DNA from: Thiohalomonas denitrificans
GTDB lineage: Bacteria > Pseudomonadota > Gammaproteobacteria > Thiohalomonadales > Thiohalomonadaceae
DNA: 64,000 nucleotides
Direction of reading: 5' to 3'
Assembly: GCA_020725115.1 (NCBI GenBank)
Contig: DYFR01000018.1
Coordinates: forward strand, 11,579 to 75,578
Part shown: positions 63,858 to 64,000 of the stretch, in pieces
How positions within the stretch are numbered: the first letter of the stretch is position 1
Layout: every line of letters begins with the position of its first letter
Translations under genes and position numbers: made by a program
The notes under the pieces: generated by a model
Database searches by the model: none
What the model was told of the DNA's origin: nothing
The model's input: the letters and a program-made list of their open reading frames with translations, nothing else

Positions 63858-64000
63858 TCAATGCACCCCCATCAGCACCTTGATGTGCGCTGCGGCGCTG
63901 CGGCCCAGGGCATTCATCACGTAGCCGCCCTCCAGCGTCGAGACGACACGGTTTTCACAGTGGGCGGCGGCGAGTTCCATGATGCGCTCGGTGACCCAGG
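63858..64000 (-). CDS. histone deacetylase/acetoin-utilisation (HDAC) family protein, C-terminal part only
   Basis: The minus strand reads ...VTERIMELAAAHCENRVVSTLEGGYVMNALGRSAAAHIKVLMGVH*. The EGGY motif is typical of the family. Confidence 0.6.
   Translation of the reverse strand, partial: WVTERIMELAAAHCENRVVSTLEGGYVMNALGRSAAAHIKVLMGVH

Overview
High-GC proteobacterial chromosome segment, probably from a denitrifying gammaproteobacterium. That assignment is an inference from the thrS-infC-rpmI-rplT-pheST-ihfA-merR-tRNA-Pro synteny. Contents from left to right follow. (1) 0.3-10.4 kb holds an aryl-polyene-like type II FAS/PKS lipid cluster: ACP, AMP-ligase, KS plus KS-like partner, two hotdog dehydratases, FabG, acyltransferase, glycosyltransferase, and a LolA-like protein plus MMPL exporter. 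Almost every gene junction overlaps. (2) A lipoprotein gene and an alpha/beta hydrolase gene. (3) 12.5-20.1 kb holds the translation-factor and tRNA-synthetase operons and tRNA-Pro(GGG), whose 3' end is duplicated about 160 bp downstream. (4) 20.6-41.0 kb is a denitrification island, mostly on the minus strand. It carries dnr, nirN-J-H-G-L-D-F-C, a cupredoxin, a NirT tetrahaem protein fused to an EB_dh-like haem domain, nirS, fnr and nnrS. These are followed by norD, a NapH-like polyferredoxin, a small membrane protein, norQ, norF/E, norB and norC. Near-perfect FNR/DNR boxes lie upstream of nirS, nnrS and norC. (5) pabB, a degenerate RepB-primase-like ORF, and a MASE1-CHASE-PAS hybrid kinase with REC-EAL and double-REC partners. 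(6) 50.77-54.85 kb is a visibly AT-richer integron-type gene-cassette array with four cassettes and four attC sites, and no integrase in the window. The first cassette is an unusual 2.1 kb three-gene module of unknown function containing an intergenic (CCATTTG)x7 repeat. This is my best candidate for an undescribed system. The array is followed by a truncated IS91-family transposase and a class D (OXA-like) beta-lactamase. (7) A hydrolase, a ceramidase-like membrane protein, a DHOD-like gene translationally coupled to PFOR (nifJ-type), a DUF559 gene flanked by GC-rich palindromes, and a partial HDAC-family gene. Many long ORFs in the track are antisense shadow ORFs typical of GC-rich DNA. All family assignments come from motifs read by eye and no database search was run.
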